From a virus: a stretch of 64,000 nt of DNA. A program made the translations under genes and the position numbers. The stretch lies in IMG/VR virus record IMGVR_UViG_3300028840_007197, positions 30,907 through 94,906 of that record. One strand, written 5' to 3'. Every line of letters starts with the position of its first letter. The stretch's first letter is position 1. Under the pieces are notes generated by a model. That model ran no database searches, was not told the DNA's origin, and saw only the letters and a program-made list of their open reading frames with translations. Shown piece after piece: positions 48,445 to 56,583 of this stretch.

Positions 48445-49500
48445 TTAGATAGACAGATTGAGCTTTTCAAGATCATCCTTCGAGAGTCCATCGAACTCCG
48501 AAGCCCTAAAGAGCTGAGCCAAAACCTGCTGCTCAGACTCGGACATCTCGGGCATGTCCACGGAAGATATCGAACCGGTAAGCTCGATTTCACCACTTTC
48601 ATTAGCCAGAATTTCGGTGTCAACAATGTTAGCTTCCTCAGCATTTTTCTCCGTATCTTTTTCTTCCGGCTGCTGAGCCTCTGCTGCCTTAGCAGGCTTC
48701 TCAGCAGGCTTCTCAGCAGGCTTCTCAGCAGGCTTCTCAGCAGGCTTCTCAGCAGGCTTCTCAGGCTTCTCAGCAGGCTTCTCAGCAGGCTTCTCTTCAG
48801 CCTTTTTACCCTTGTTATAAGGACACGAGGGGTCATCCTTCATACGACCCGTGCCAGGTCCTAGAATCTTACCAGCAGTTCTATTATCATCGTCATCATC
48901 ATCGTCATCATCGTCATCATCGTCATCATCGTCATCATCATCGTCATCATCTGAACCGATGACATCGCTGATGAGATTACGAGCGATCAACGAAGAGGCC
49001 TCTTTAGACCAGAAATCTGACACTTCTTCAGAGGCATTAACCCCATCGTCTTTCTCTTCCTCTGCAGCATCTACCGGCTTCTTATCTTCGTCTTCTGGGC
49101 ATGGCAAAGTCTTCGCCTTTGCTTCTACGGTCTCCTGAGCGAGTATCCTTTTCGCAAACTCATCATCACTCATCTTTGAAATCACGTACGCCATGGTCCT
49201 GAGGTCCTTGGCCATGGGGTCGCTTTCATCATGAAAAGACTGCGAAAGAATATCGAAACTGGCTATAAGTGTTCTCCGGTCCATCCCGAAAACCTCCGTT
49301 TTAGGTTTAGCTCTCTCTGGATACATATCCGAATTATGCCCCTGCGTCCCGTACATCTGGTCCGCTTGAGCCCTCGCCACCTCGTACGACCTATTATCAA
49401 GATTCTCCTCGGACCTGAAATACAAACGATCCTTCGGAGGTACGACCGTTGGATCGACCAGGAACTCAAGGATGTTATTGGCTACTTTCTTTATATCCAT
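48445..49500 (-). CDS. Acidic low-complexity protein (poly-Asp and EKPA repeats)
   Basis: 351 aa; 22-Asp run; EKPA tandem array. Confidence 0.75.
   Translation of the reverse strand: MDIKKVANNILEFLVDPTVVPPKDRLYFRSEENLDNRSYEVARAQADQMYGTQGHNSDMYPERAKPKTEVFGMDRRTLIASFDILSQSFHDESDPMAKDLRTMAYVISKMSDDEFAKRILAQETVEAKAKTLPCPEDEDKKPVDAAEEEKDDGVNASEEVSDFWSKEASSLIARNLISDVIGSDDDDDDDDDDDDDDDDDDDDDDNRTAGKILGPGTGRMKDDPSCPYNKGKKAEEKPAEKPAEKPEKPAEKPAEKPAEKPAEKPAEKPAKAAEAQQPEEKDTEKNAEEANIVDTEILANESGEIELTGSISSVDMPEMSESEQQVLAQLFRASEFDGLSKDDLEKLNLSI
48691..48795. repeat. 12-bp tandem repeat AGCAGGCTTCTC (8 full copies plus one 9-bp copy) encoding (EKPA)n
   Basis: Read directly from the sequence. Confidence 0.95.
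48886..48951. repeat. (ATC/GTC)22 trinucleotide tract encoding poly-Asp
   Basis: Read directly from the sequence. Confidence 0.95.
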
Positions 49501-49518
49501 AACTTATCCTTATTGAGG

Positions 49519-49542
49519 TGGGGTCCTCTTTCGAGGACCCCA
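49519..49542 (-). other. Stable hairpin with GAAA tetraloop after the sheath gene
   Basis: TGGGGTCCTC-GAAA-GAGGACCCCA perfect 10-bp stem; no following U-tract. Confidence 0.7.
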
Positions 49543-49552
49543 TCCCATCCCC

Positions 49553-52336
49553 TTACAGAGAGGACCTCAGATTATAGGTGATAATAATCCAGAGCAGAGG
49601 CAGAACAGGACTGTAGAATCCCTGGACATTGACCGTGGTCGGATCATTGGGATCTACGGTAGCCTTTATACCCTGGTACGCCTTGATAATCTGAGCCTGT
49701 TTCAGCGCCCTCATATAAGAACCAAGCGTGGTCTCTATCTCAGACAGGCGCTCATTGAGGAACTTCGAGCCAATATAAGGCTGAAGAACCGCACGAGAAC
49801 CCTTCTGAACAAAGTCCTTAATTCTGATAACGCTCGGGGTCCTAGTCAGAACAGAACTGGTATCCGTTGTGAGTGCAATCTTCACATAGATACCGGCAGC
49901 CTGTTCCTCAAGGAGCGTGAGACCCGAGTTGGCAGTCTGAGCGGCTGTAACAGAATCCAACCTGCGATACAGTCTCGTGAATCCAACGATGGGCTTCCTG
50001 GTAAGAGGCGTAGCCACGTCGAACGCTGGAGATGTATCTCTACCAGAGATAGCGGCACCCAACACTGACCCATCCATCAGATACTCAATGTCATTTCCGA
50101 GCTCGTCGGAAATAGTCATTATAGCACCATCAGGATAGATACCTATCATACGCTCAGAGTTCATGGAACGAGCATATGTCTGGGCAGTCGTAGGACTGGT
50201 GTTGAGCGGGAATCCGAAGTAGGTCATACGCTCGTTTCCGTAGCGTATACCAGCCTGGATAATGTTAGAGGTTTTCAGATAATTCAGGACACCCGTCGAA
50301 GTAGACATGGGCTGCAAGAGAGACGGGCGAACGCCACCCTCCATAGGCTCATCGAAATAGTTGATAGCACTTATATAAGAGCTATCCGGAGCATCCTCGG
50401 AGCCAGTAGACTTCTGGATCTGAAGAAGTGCTATGGCTGGGGCACCATTCAAGAATGCTAGATGAGCGGCGACTCCCAGCTTATTAGTGATAGAAAGAGG
50501 ACCGGTCCAATCCAGTGCATCCTGTTCTTCAGTGAAGAACCGAGCATTGTTGAAGTCAGTTTTGGACTCTTCAAACGTCACATAGTAGAAGTCCCCGATG
50601 TTAGGCTCATTACCGCTCTTGTTATAGGTCTTCACGGTAGCCGTATCATTTACGGCTATATCAACCGTGTCGGTTACAGTGGTCCTGATACCAGGTATCG
50701 CCCTTGTGGGCTGAGCAGCTGTAACCAGAGTCGGAGATACCGTGTAACCGATTACGTCTCCAAGAGTGTAAAGTACTAGATTACCAGCGAGGACTGTAAC
50801 TCTGAACCCTGTCTTCGCATCGATGTAGGTCTGGTTCAGATAACCCGTGTTATCACCCCCAGTACCAGTACCCGATGAGTCACTGGATGTCACTACATAA
50901 CTGCTACTGTCCTGGAACGTAAGAGATACGGTCTCAGCAACGGCATAACCAGGAAGAACCTGGGCGTCACTGTTACCAGCTCCAGTACCCGCAGGATAAG
51001 TAACATTCTCAGTGGAGAAATCAGAGTCACTCACCGTAGTATCAGCAGCAGACCAAGTCACTCCCATAGCATCCCCAGAATTAGTTCCGGAGATGGTATA
51101 GGTACCAACACCCGATGCCCCAGCAAGGGTATTGGTCAGCGTCCATGTGTCATCAGGAAGGTTGTTGTAGTACTGCGTGATAAAGACGGTAGCATCAGAG
51201 GCAGGAGCAGTCTGAAGAGTTACCGTCTTTGCAGAGGCACTCATCGAAGCAATCGTTACCGAAGTGGCATCTACCGGTGACGTACCGACATAGGCCACAA
51301 CCTTAGAAATGTCATCGGTAGACTTTCCAAGGCCCTGACCCGTCATGGGGGTCGCTTCCATGGTAAACGTCTTATTGGTACCATCAGTCGTCCCAGTAGT
51401 GGCCCTCTTGTAGGAGCGATTATCATAGAGCGTGGCCGAAATCTGGGAATCATCGAAATACTCGGTACCAATGGTGTGCTGACCAGACGCTATCTTATAG
51501 GAATGACCCCAATTCAGTGTGTGGAAGCTACCAGTACTATCAAGAACAAAATCAGTATCAATAATGAAATCTGATGTACCGGGACTGTATCCAACCTTAG
51601 TCACACTTGTCACATTGGGTGAGGGAAGGATATCCATCGTATCCTGGAGCTCGTTCGAATAGTAGGTAACCGTTACAGTTGCTCCAAGAGCAGGGGCGGA
51701 AGCCAGGGTAATAATACCCGTGTCTCCATCAACTGCTGACACCGTGGCAGCGCTTCCATTAACCAGCACTGAAACCTTAGTGGTGTCAGTGGTCGTTATA
51801 CCACCATTATCTCCCTGTACTATAGGAACATGCTGGACTTTGAAATTGGTGTTCGAACCGGTAGCCTGGACACTCAGATCCTCATTCGTATAAAGAGTGT
51901 CAGTCTTCTTGAAATAATACGTAACCAAAATGGTATCGGTTGAAGCTGGTATCGATACCAGATATATCTCACCAGTAGTGCCATTAACCGATGCTACGGG
52001 CACCCGGCTATTGTTGACTGTAACGGTGACATTGTTCGGGTTGTTCGTTACCGTACCGGTACCATTACCACTCACGATGGGGTAATAGGAAACGGTAAAG
52101 TTACGATTTGCACCGGTCAACTGGCTGGATACATCCTCTTTGGATATGAGGTTGTCAGCCATCGAACTCGACCCGCGAATCATTTCATAGTTGTTGACGG
52201 GAATAGTCTCGTCAGCAACACCGATGAAAGCCGGGAAACGAAGAGCACCCGCAGCCGTTACACGGGGGGCCTCATTCAAAGTCTTAGTGTAGACACCTGG
52301 GAAGGAGAATGATTCGAATGGCCCGATACTAGCCAT
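49553..52336 (-). CDS. Contractile tail sheath protein with inserted beta-modules
   Basis: N-terminal FPGVYT; C-terminal sheath core PLTRKPIVGF...IRIKDFV...YIGSK...VDPNDPTTVNV...PVLPLLWI. Confidence 0.92.
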   Translation of the reverse strand: MASIGPFESFSFPGVYTKTLNEAPRVTAAGALRFPAFIGVADETIPVNNYEMIRGSSSMADNLISKEDVSSQLTGANRNFTVSYYPIVSGNGTGTVTNNPNNVTVTVNNSRVPVASVNGTTGEIYLVSIPASTDTILVTYYFKKTDTLYTNEDLSVQATGSNTNFKVQHVPIVQGDNGGITTTDTTKVSVLVNGSAATVSAVDGDTGIITLASAPALGATVTVTYYSNELQDTMDILPSPNVTSVTKVGYSPGTSDFIIDTDFVLDSTGSFHTLNWGHSYKIASGQHTIGTEYFDDSQISATLYDNRSYKRATTGTTDGTNKTFTMEATPMTGQGLGKSTDDISKVVAYVGTSPVDATSVTIASMSASAKTVTLQTAPASDATVFITQYYNNLPDDTWTLTNTLAGASGVGTYTISGTNSGDAMGVTWSAADTTVSDSDFSTENVTYPAGTGAGNSDAQVLPGYAVAETVSLTFQDSSSYVVTSSDSSGTGTGGDNTGYLNQTYIDAKTGFRVTVLAGNLVLYTLGDVIGYTVSPTLVTAAQPTRAIPGIRTTVTDTVDIAVNDTATVKTYNKSGNEPNIGDFYYVTFEESKTDFNNARFFTEEQDALDWTGPLSITNKLGVAAHLAFLNGAPAIALLQIQKSTGSEDAPDSSYISAINYFDEPMEGGVRPSLLQPMSTSTGVLNYLKTSNIIQAGIRYGNERMTYFGFPLNTSPTTAQTYARSMNSERMIGIYPDGAIMTISDELGNDIEYLMDGSVLGAAISGRDTSPAFDVATPLTRKPIVGFTRLYRRLDSVTAAQTANSGLTLLEEQAAGIYVKIALTTDTSSVLTRTPSVIRIKDFVQKGSRAVLQPYIGSKFLNERLSEIETTLGSYMRALKQAQIIKAYQGIKATVDPNDPTTVNVQGFYSPVLPLLWIIITYNLRSSL

Positions 52337-52458
52337 TTTAGACCTCCATAGGTAGTTGATGACAAAGATTTTTGATCGGTGATGTCATCTGGATCTTTTT
52401 AGTCTTATCTATTATCTCATATTTGATGTCAGACCATAAATGGTCACTACCCATAAGG

Positions 52459-52884
52459 TCAAAACTCACCAGGACCGCTGAACTGAGGGATACCTTTTTC
52501 TTCCCTCTTTTTACGATGGTCCTGAAGCGCACTGACGTACTCAGTCCTTTTTTCCCTATCAGTTTTGCTTCCAAGTCCCATCACAGGCATGTACTTTCCA
52601 TCTTTTGTCTTTGGAAGAGATATGGTATTTATGTTTTTTCCTGAACGCCTTTTATTCTGTCTATCGTTAATATGCTGCCATCTCTTCTCCGCTTCCCTTC
52701 CGATGGTCATGTCTATCGTCTCGTTTGGACTCCCACCGGAAACTACCGAGGAAAAAACACTCATTTTCCTCTCAGAGGCATCACCACACTTCTTACAGGC
52801 CATCGTCTGAGGAGTCGATTTGCTGCTCATTAACTCCTCAAAAATGTACCCACAACTTCTGCACTTGTACTCATATAACGGCAT
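52459..52884 (-). CDS. FmdB-family zinc-ribbon protein
   Basis: MPLYEYKCRSCG.IFEEL...CKKCG...RKMSVFS. Confidence 0.88.
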   Translation of the reverse strand: MPLYEYKCRSCGYIFEELMSSKSTPQTMACKKCGDASERKMSVFSSVVSGGSPNETIDMTIGREAEKRWQHINDRQNKRRSGKNINTISLPKTKDGKYMPVMGLGSKTDREKRTEYVSALQDHRKKREEKGIPQFSGPGEF

Positions 52885-52924
52885 AGCTTATCCTTATCTA
52901 GATCTTGCCTTATTAGGGCTTTGT

Positions 52925-52936
52925 ATTAATAGATAA
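52925..52936 (-). promoter_or_regulatory. Putative late promoter motif (TTATCTATTAAT)
   Basis: Intergenic variant; shares downstream ACAA with the 15315 copy; about 40 nt upstream of 52884. Confidence 0.55.
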
Positions 52937-52949
52937 TTATTTCAATATG

Positions 52950-54365
52950 TTAGGACACTCTCTCGTAACCTATTGAGGAATATTTAATAACATGCCTGTC
53001 ATCCGGTTGAATACTTGACTCTACCAAAGACCCATTAATTAATTCATATACCACGGCATCACCGGCCACCCTTACTCTAGGGCTGACCAACAGATGCTTA
53101 ATCGTAATGAGGTACGGAACAAACTCCTGCCATTCCGTCATCACATTAACATCTACCGAGCTCTCATAATAAAGGTCACCCGTCGTATCAATATAGGTCT
53201 CTTCAGTCTCCCCCGTAGGCTCTACCGAATTAAGAGTTATACCCTCGAATTCAAGAACGTTCTTCCTTATACCCCAAAGCTCATTCACCAAATGGTCCGT
53301 CATCTCTTCCATCTGAATGGGGTCTTTTGCTATTACTCCAAGGTTTAACCCCATTTGCCAGTGACCACCATAAATACGTGCCTGGGGCTCCCTGTGTTTG
53401 GATATTATCACGACCTGTCGGTCATCTTTTTTTGCCCTTCTACCAATACAGATTATTGCCCCAGGTATAGCCTCATGAATCTCCTGATAAGGGACAAAGG
53501 TGTATGGCCCTCTAGAGATACCATTTTGATAGCGATAATCGGCATACAACACCCAACCACTTGGAAGAGCATTAAGAAAGGTTATCTCTCCTGTGTTGTA
53601 ATCGATGCTATAATCAGTATCCCTCGTTAATATATTTGGAAGACCCCCATTTTTTGATTTAAGGTATACCGTATCCGTTGACGGGTATACTGTCCCGTGA
53701 TCAAGATTGGCACTGGTCTCAAGACCAGTCGTGCTCTCTATTACTACCTCTCCATCTATGATAAATATGGGAGCTACTAAGAGCTGGTTATCCTCAATGA
53801 AATCAATAACATATATGCCAGGATCATCAATTACGCGATAGTAATACGAGATAAGTACGGTGGAAGCGGCATCGGGAGCATTTTGCAGCATTACAATTCC
53901 GTGCTCACCATTCACATACTCAGGAATAACTTCTGTACCATCAACCGTTACAATTACCTGTCCGGGATTATCAGAATAGTCTGTCTCACCGCGTCCCTTA
54001 GTGATAGGATGCAATGTAGTGAACTGGCGTTGAGTAGGACCGAGCTGCGATGAAACATCCTCATTCATCGCGTATTTGGTGATATAATTGGAGTTTTCTC
54101 GAACCCACTCGATAGACAGACCGGGATAATTCGAATCCCTGGCAAGTCTTACATGAGATATGTAGTCACCGAGATAATTATCAGCAGACATGCGTGTCTG
54201 AGAACCAGAGGCGTTTCTTAGAACGACACCATATTGAATGCGCTGTTCATAAGGGAACTTATTATAAATATCGACCTTTGCGGAGTACGCAGGATGCTTG
54301 TTGAATGCATCACGTACCTCATCAAGAATCCTGCGTTTTACCCCGAAAAGTAGGTTGTTGAACAT
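52950..54365 (-). CDS. Putative tail terminator/neck protein with inserted beta-modules
   Basis: LNLGVIAKDPIQMEEMTDHLVNELW...YYESSVDVNV terminator-like pattern; upstream of the sheath. Confidence 0.55.
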   Translation of the reverse strand: MFNNLLFGVKRRILDEVRDAFNKHPAYSAKVDIYNKFPYEQRIQYGVVLRNASGSQTRMSADNYLGDYISHVRLARDSNYPGLSIEWVRENSNYITKYAMNEDVSSQLGPTQRQFTTLHPITKGRGETDYSDNPGQVIVTVDGTEVIPEYVNGEHGIVMLQNAPDAASTVLISYYYRVIDDPGIYVIDFIEDNQLLVAPIFIIDGEVVIESTTGLETSANLDHGTVYPSTDTVYLKSKNGGLPNILTRDTDYSIDYNTGEITFLNALPSGWVLYADYRYQNGISRGPYTFVPYQEIHEAIPGAIICIGRRAKKDDRQVVIISKHREPQARIYGGHWQMGLNLGVIAKDPIQMEEMTDHLVNELWGIRKNVLEFEGITLNSVEPTGETEETYIDTTGDLYYESSVDVNVMTEWQEFVPYLITIKHLLVSPRVRVAGDAVVYELINGSLVESSIQPDDRHVIKYSSIGYERVS

Positions 54366-54374
54366 GACAGTTTC

Positions 54375-55385
54375 TCAACCCTCATCATAGTTCATGGCCG
54401 CAACCAATAGACCCTCAGCAACAGCATTCAAGGGGTCATTCGCCATCCGGATCTCTGAAACCGGTATAGGGAACTTTTCCTTAGTGGAATTGAAAGCAGT
54501 CTCAAAGAACTCCCTGAAATTAGTGGCCTTAGACGTACCACCGGACAGAATAATAGGAACCGAAGAAGGTAGGTCAATAGACCCCTGTTTCTTAAGGAAT
54601 TCGTTTTTGACCGTATCCAAGGCATACATGATAAGACTCTTGTAATAAACCTGAATGGCTTCTCGCTCACGAAGGAGCTTGGGGTCACCCTTCTCAGCAT
54701 CCATCAGGTCCACGCCCTTTTCCTTAATAGCCATAATCCTACTGGCAGTGGTACCCGTAACCCTGGCCGCACTCTCATCGATCCAGTCGCCCGATCTGGA
54801 AATGGAAAATGCCATTCCTATCATGGTCTGAAACATGAGGCAAACGTTGACCATACCAGCCCCGAACGACAGCGCTAGAGCAGAAAAGTTCTCTTTTGCT
54901 GCGTTACTGTATACGATTGCCGCCGCCTCATTCAAAGGCACAGCCTTATAGCCCATATTGGAAATAATCTTGGAGAACATGGCCTGGTGATAGATAACGT
55001 CCATGGTCTTATCTACAGCTGCAGCAGGAACTGAAAAGAAACAGGTCTCTCCAGGCACTGTCGCCTTTCCAAGTACATTATCCAGAAGAACAGCTAGAAC
55101 TCTTTCAGCCTCAAGTTCTCCAGGAGATATAACACCTTGGGAAAGAGGCCTTCTAACCTCCCTCCTGAATATATTGGCCAGGACTAAGGCCGGGTCGCCA
55201 ATGATATAGATCTTCTCTCCGGACTCGATAAAATCAGTCTTAGAGAGCTTAAGCATGTTTTTAACCTGGGCCTCGTTATCAAGGTCCAGGAAGCTATCAC
55301 GAATACTTTTTATCTGAATCTGACCATTATCATCACGCCTTGAAGAAACCAAAAAACAGGTACCAATATCGATTGATGCACTCAC
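54375..55385 (-). CDS. Actin-fold ATPase, volactin-like
   Basis: Phosphate-1 IDIGT, connect-1 PLNEAAAI, phosphate-2 LSFGAGMVN, adenosine ILSGGTS, connect-2 DPLNAVAEG; AGGAGG RBS favours GTG at 55385. Confidence 0.9.
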   Translation of the reverse strand: MSASIDIGTCFLVSSRRDDNGQIQIKSIRDSFLDLDNEAQVKNMLKLSKTDFIESGEKIYIIGDPALVLANIFRREVRRPLSQGVISPGELEAERVLAVLLDNVLGKATVPGETCFFSVPAAAVDKTMDVIYHQAMFSKIISNMGYKAVPLNEAAAIVYSNAAKENFSALALSFGAGMVNVCLMFQTMIGMAFSISRSGDWIDESAARVTGTTASRIMAIKEKGVDLMDAEKGDPKLLREREAIQVYYKSLIMYALDTVKNEFLKKQGSIDLPSSVPIILSGGTSKATNFREFFETAFNSTKEKFPIPVSEIRMANDPLNAVAEGLLVAAMNYDEG

Positions 55386-55407
55386 AGAAACCTCCTTTTT
55401 AAGAATC

Positions 55408-55977
55408 TTATCCGATTTTATCGTTCTTTTTCTTGAGGCCCTTAAGAGCTTTAAGAGCCTCAAGATTAGAATTAACGTTATCCCCAGAAACTTCTCTAGC
55501 TTCAGTCTTAATATTGCTCACCATCCCCTGAGTAGATACCGTTGGTACATATGATTCATCTATAAAGTCAGAAGCCTGCTTCCTTTGGTATTCCGGTGCA
55601 GGGACACCTTGAATAACCCTGTCCGAAAGTATGCTCGATACTTCCTGCTTAATCGAATTAAGAAGGAGAGGAAGAAGGTCATTTATCGAGCTGCTATTAT
55701 TAGACTTAGGTTCAGAGTCCCTACTATTTCCACTCAACTCTTCCCTTACAGCTCTCTTAATATCCTCTATAGCGATCTGTGCCGAAGAAGCCTCAGTATT
55801 CCTTGAATTCACAAATCTTTCAAGGACCGTTATTGTGCCCTTTTTAACCTCTCTTTGTAGGTCTTGAGACCCCTCATATTCCTGATCGGTGTAAACCTTC
55901 TGCTGCTTATAGTAGATAGTGTCCTGTAAGTCGTTTATTTTCAGTCTCTCATATGAATTTCCCAACACTCGTACCAT
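55408..55977 (-). CDS. Hypothetical protein, candidate partner of the actin-like ATPase
   Basis: 189 aa; first gene after a putative late promoter, immediately upstream of the actin gene. Confidence 0.7.
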   Translation of the reverse strand: MVRVLGNSYERLKINDLQDTIYYKQQKVYTDQEYEGSQDLQREVKKGTITVLERFVNSRNTEASSAQIAIEDIKRAVREELSGNSRDSEPKSNNSSSINDLLPLLLNSIKQEVSSILSDRVIQGVPAPEYQRKQASDFIDESYVPTVSTQGMVSNIKTEAREVSGDNVNSNLEALKALKGLKKKNDKIG

Positions 55978-56006
55978 TGGGTGTACCTCTACATATAGCC
56001 TTATTC

Positions 56007-56020
56007 ATTAAGAGATTATC
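56007..56020 (-). promoter_or_regulatory. Putative late promoter motif (GATAATCTCTTAAT)
   Basis: Exact copy of 15315-15328, immediately downstream of a terminator. Confidence 0.6.
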
Positions 56021-56021
56021 A

Positions 56022-56065
56022 GAAATAAAAAGGGGGCGGTCTTTTTATGTTTCGACCGCCCCCTT
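56022..56065 (-). terminator. Rho-independent terminator
   Basis: AAGGGGGCGGTC/GACCGCCCCCTT 12-bp stem (56030-56041 / 56054-56065) ending in a U-rich tract (TTTTTATTT) on the minus strand. Confidence 0.85.
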
Positions 56066-56108
56066 CCAAGGAGGACCCAATGGTATCAAACCAAAAGGGT
56101 TACCTGTA

Positions 56109-56504
56109 TTATTCGGCTGAGCTGTACCTCATGAGTGAATCATAATCAATGGGTTCGCTGGCAGCCCTATCCTCTTCATCATCTTTCTCATCGTCATCCT
56201 GAGCAGGGGCCTCTTCAGCAGCAGCCTTCTCGGGGTCGAAGTAGTAGGCTTCGCTCTCTTCGCTGGCTACATAGCTCATATTGTCACCGCAAGCTGGACA
56301 CAGGACCTTGTCATTAACGGTGATTCTGGCAACATGAACATTCTCACCGGCTTCCTTAGCAGCTGCATCACGACGATCATTGATGAGACTGAGCGTAGCC
56401 GTATGATTGCAGCCCTCACAAACGAATTTCGTGACGGCTTCGGCTTCCTTCTCAATCTCGTCAGCAATTTTCAGAAGCTCTTCGGCAGTCTTCTTCAGAG
56501 ACAT
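56109..56504 (-). CDS. Small acidic Zn-finger protein
   Basis: CEGCNH...CPACG; acidic tail; AGGAGG RBS. Confidence 0.75.
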   Translation of the reverse strand: MSLKKTAEELLKIADEIEKEAEAVTKFVCEGCNHTATLSLINDRRDAAAKEAGENVHVARITVNDKVLCPACGDNMSYVASEESEAYYFDPEKAAAEEAPAQDDDEKDDEEDRAASEPIDYDSLMRYSSAE

Positions 56505-56563
56505 ATGGACCTCCTGCTACAGATTATTTCTAGTGATAAGGTGTAACACCTAACCACCACGTT

Positions 56564-56575
56564 ATTAATAGAATA
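56564..56575 (-). promoter_or_regulatory. Putative late promoter motif (TATTCTATTAAT)
   Basis: Intergenic variant of the recurring motif upstream of 56504. Confidence 0.45.
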
Positions 56576-56583
56576 TTAGTGTA

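Noticed and set aside
48441-48836. 131-aa ORF with (LRSL)n repeats
   Set aside because: Alternative-frame shadow of the 12-bp EKPA repeat inside 48445-49500; no independent RBS seen.
48691-48951. Repeats as a CRISPR array or replication iterons
   Set aside because: Head-to-tail coding repeats without spacers.
23290-52336. Extracellular contractile injection system or T6SS
   Set aside because: Contiguous with a phage replisome, sigma factor and neck-like genes; no Afp15-like ATPase or T6SS membrane complex seen.
52338-52574. 78-aa minus-strand ORF before the sheath
   Set aside because: Overlaps the FmdB gene in another frame by over 100 nt and has no recognisable features.
54375-55385. Archaeal host inferred from the volactin-like gene
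   Set aside because: Family-A polymerase, DnaB, DnaG-type Zn finger, sigma factor and a sigma70-type promoter all point to a bacterial host.
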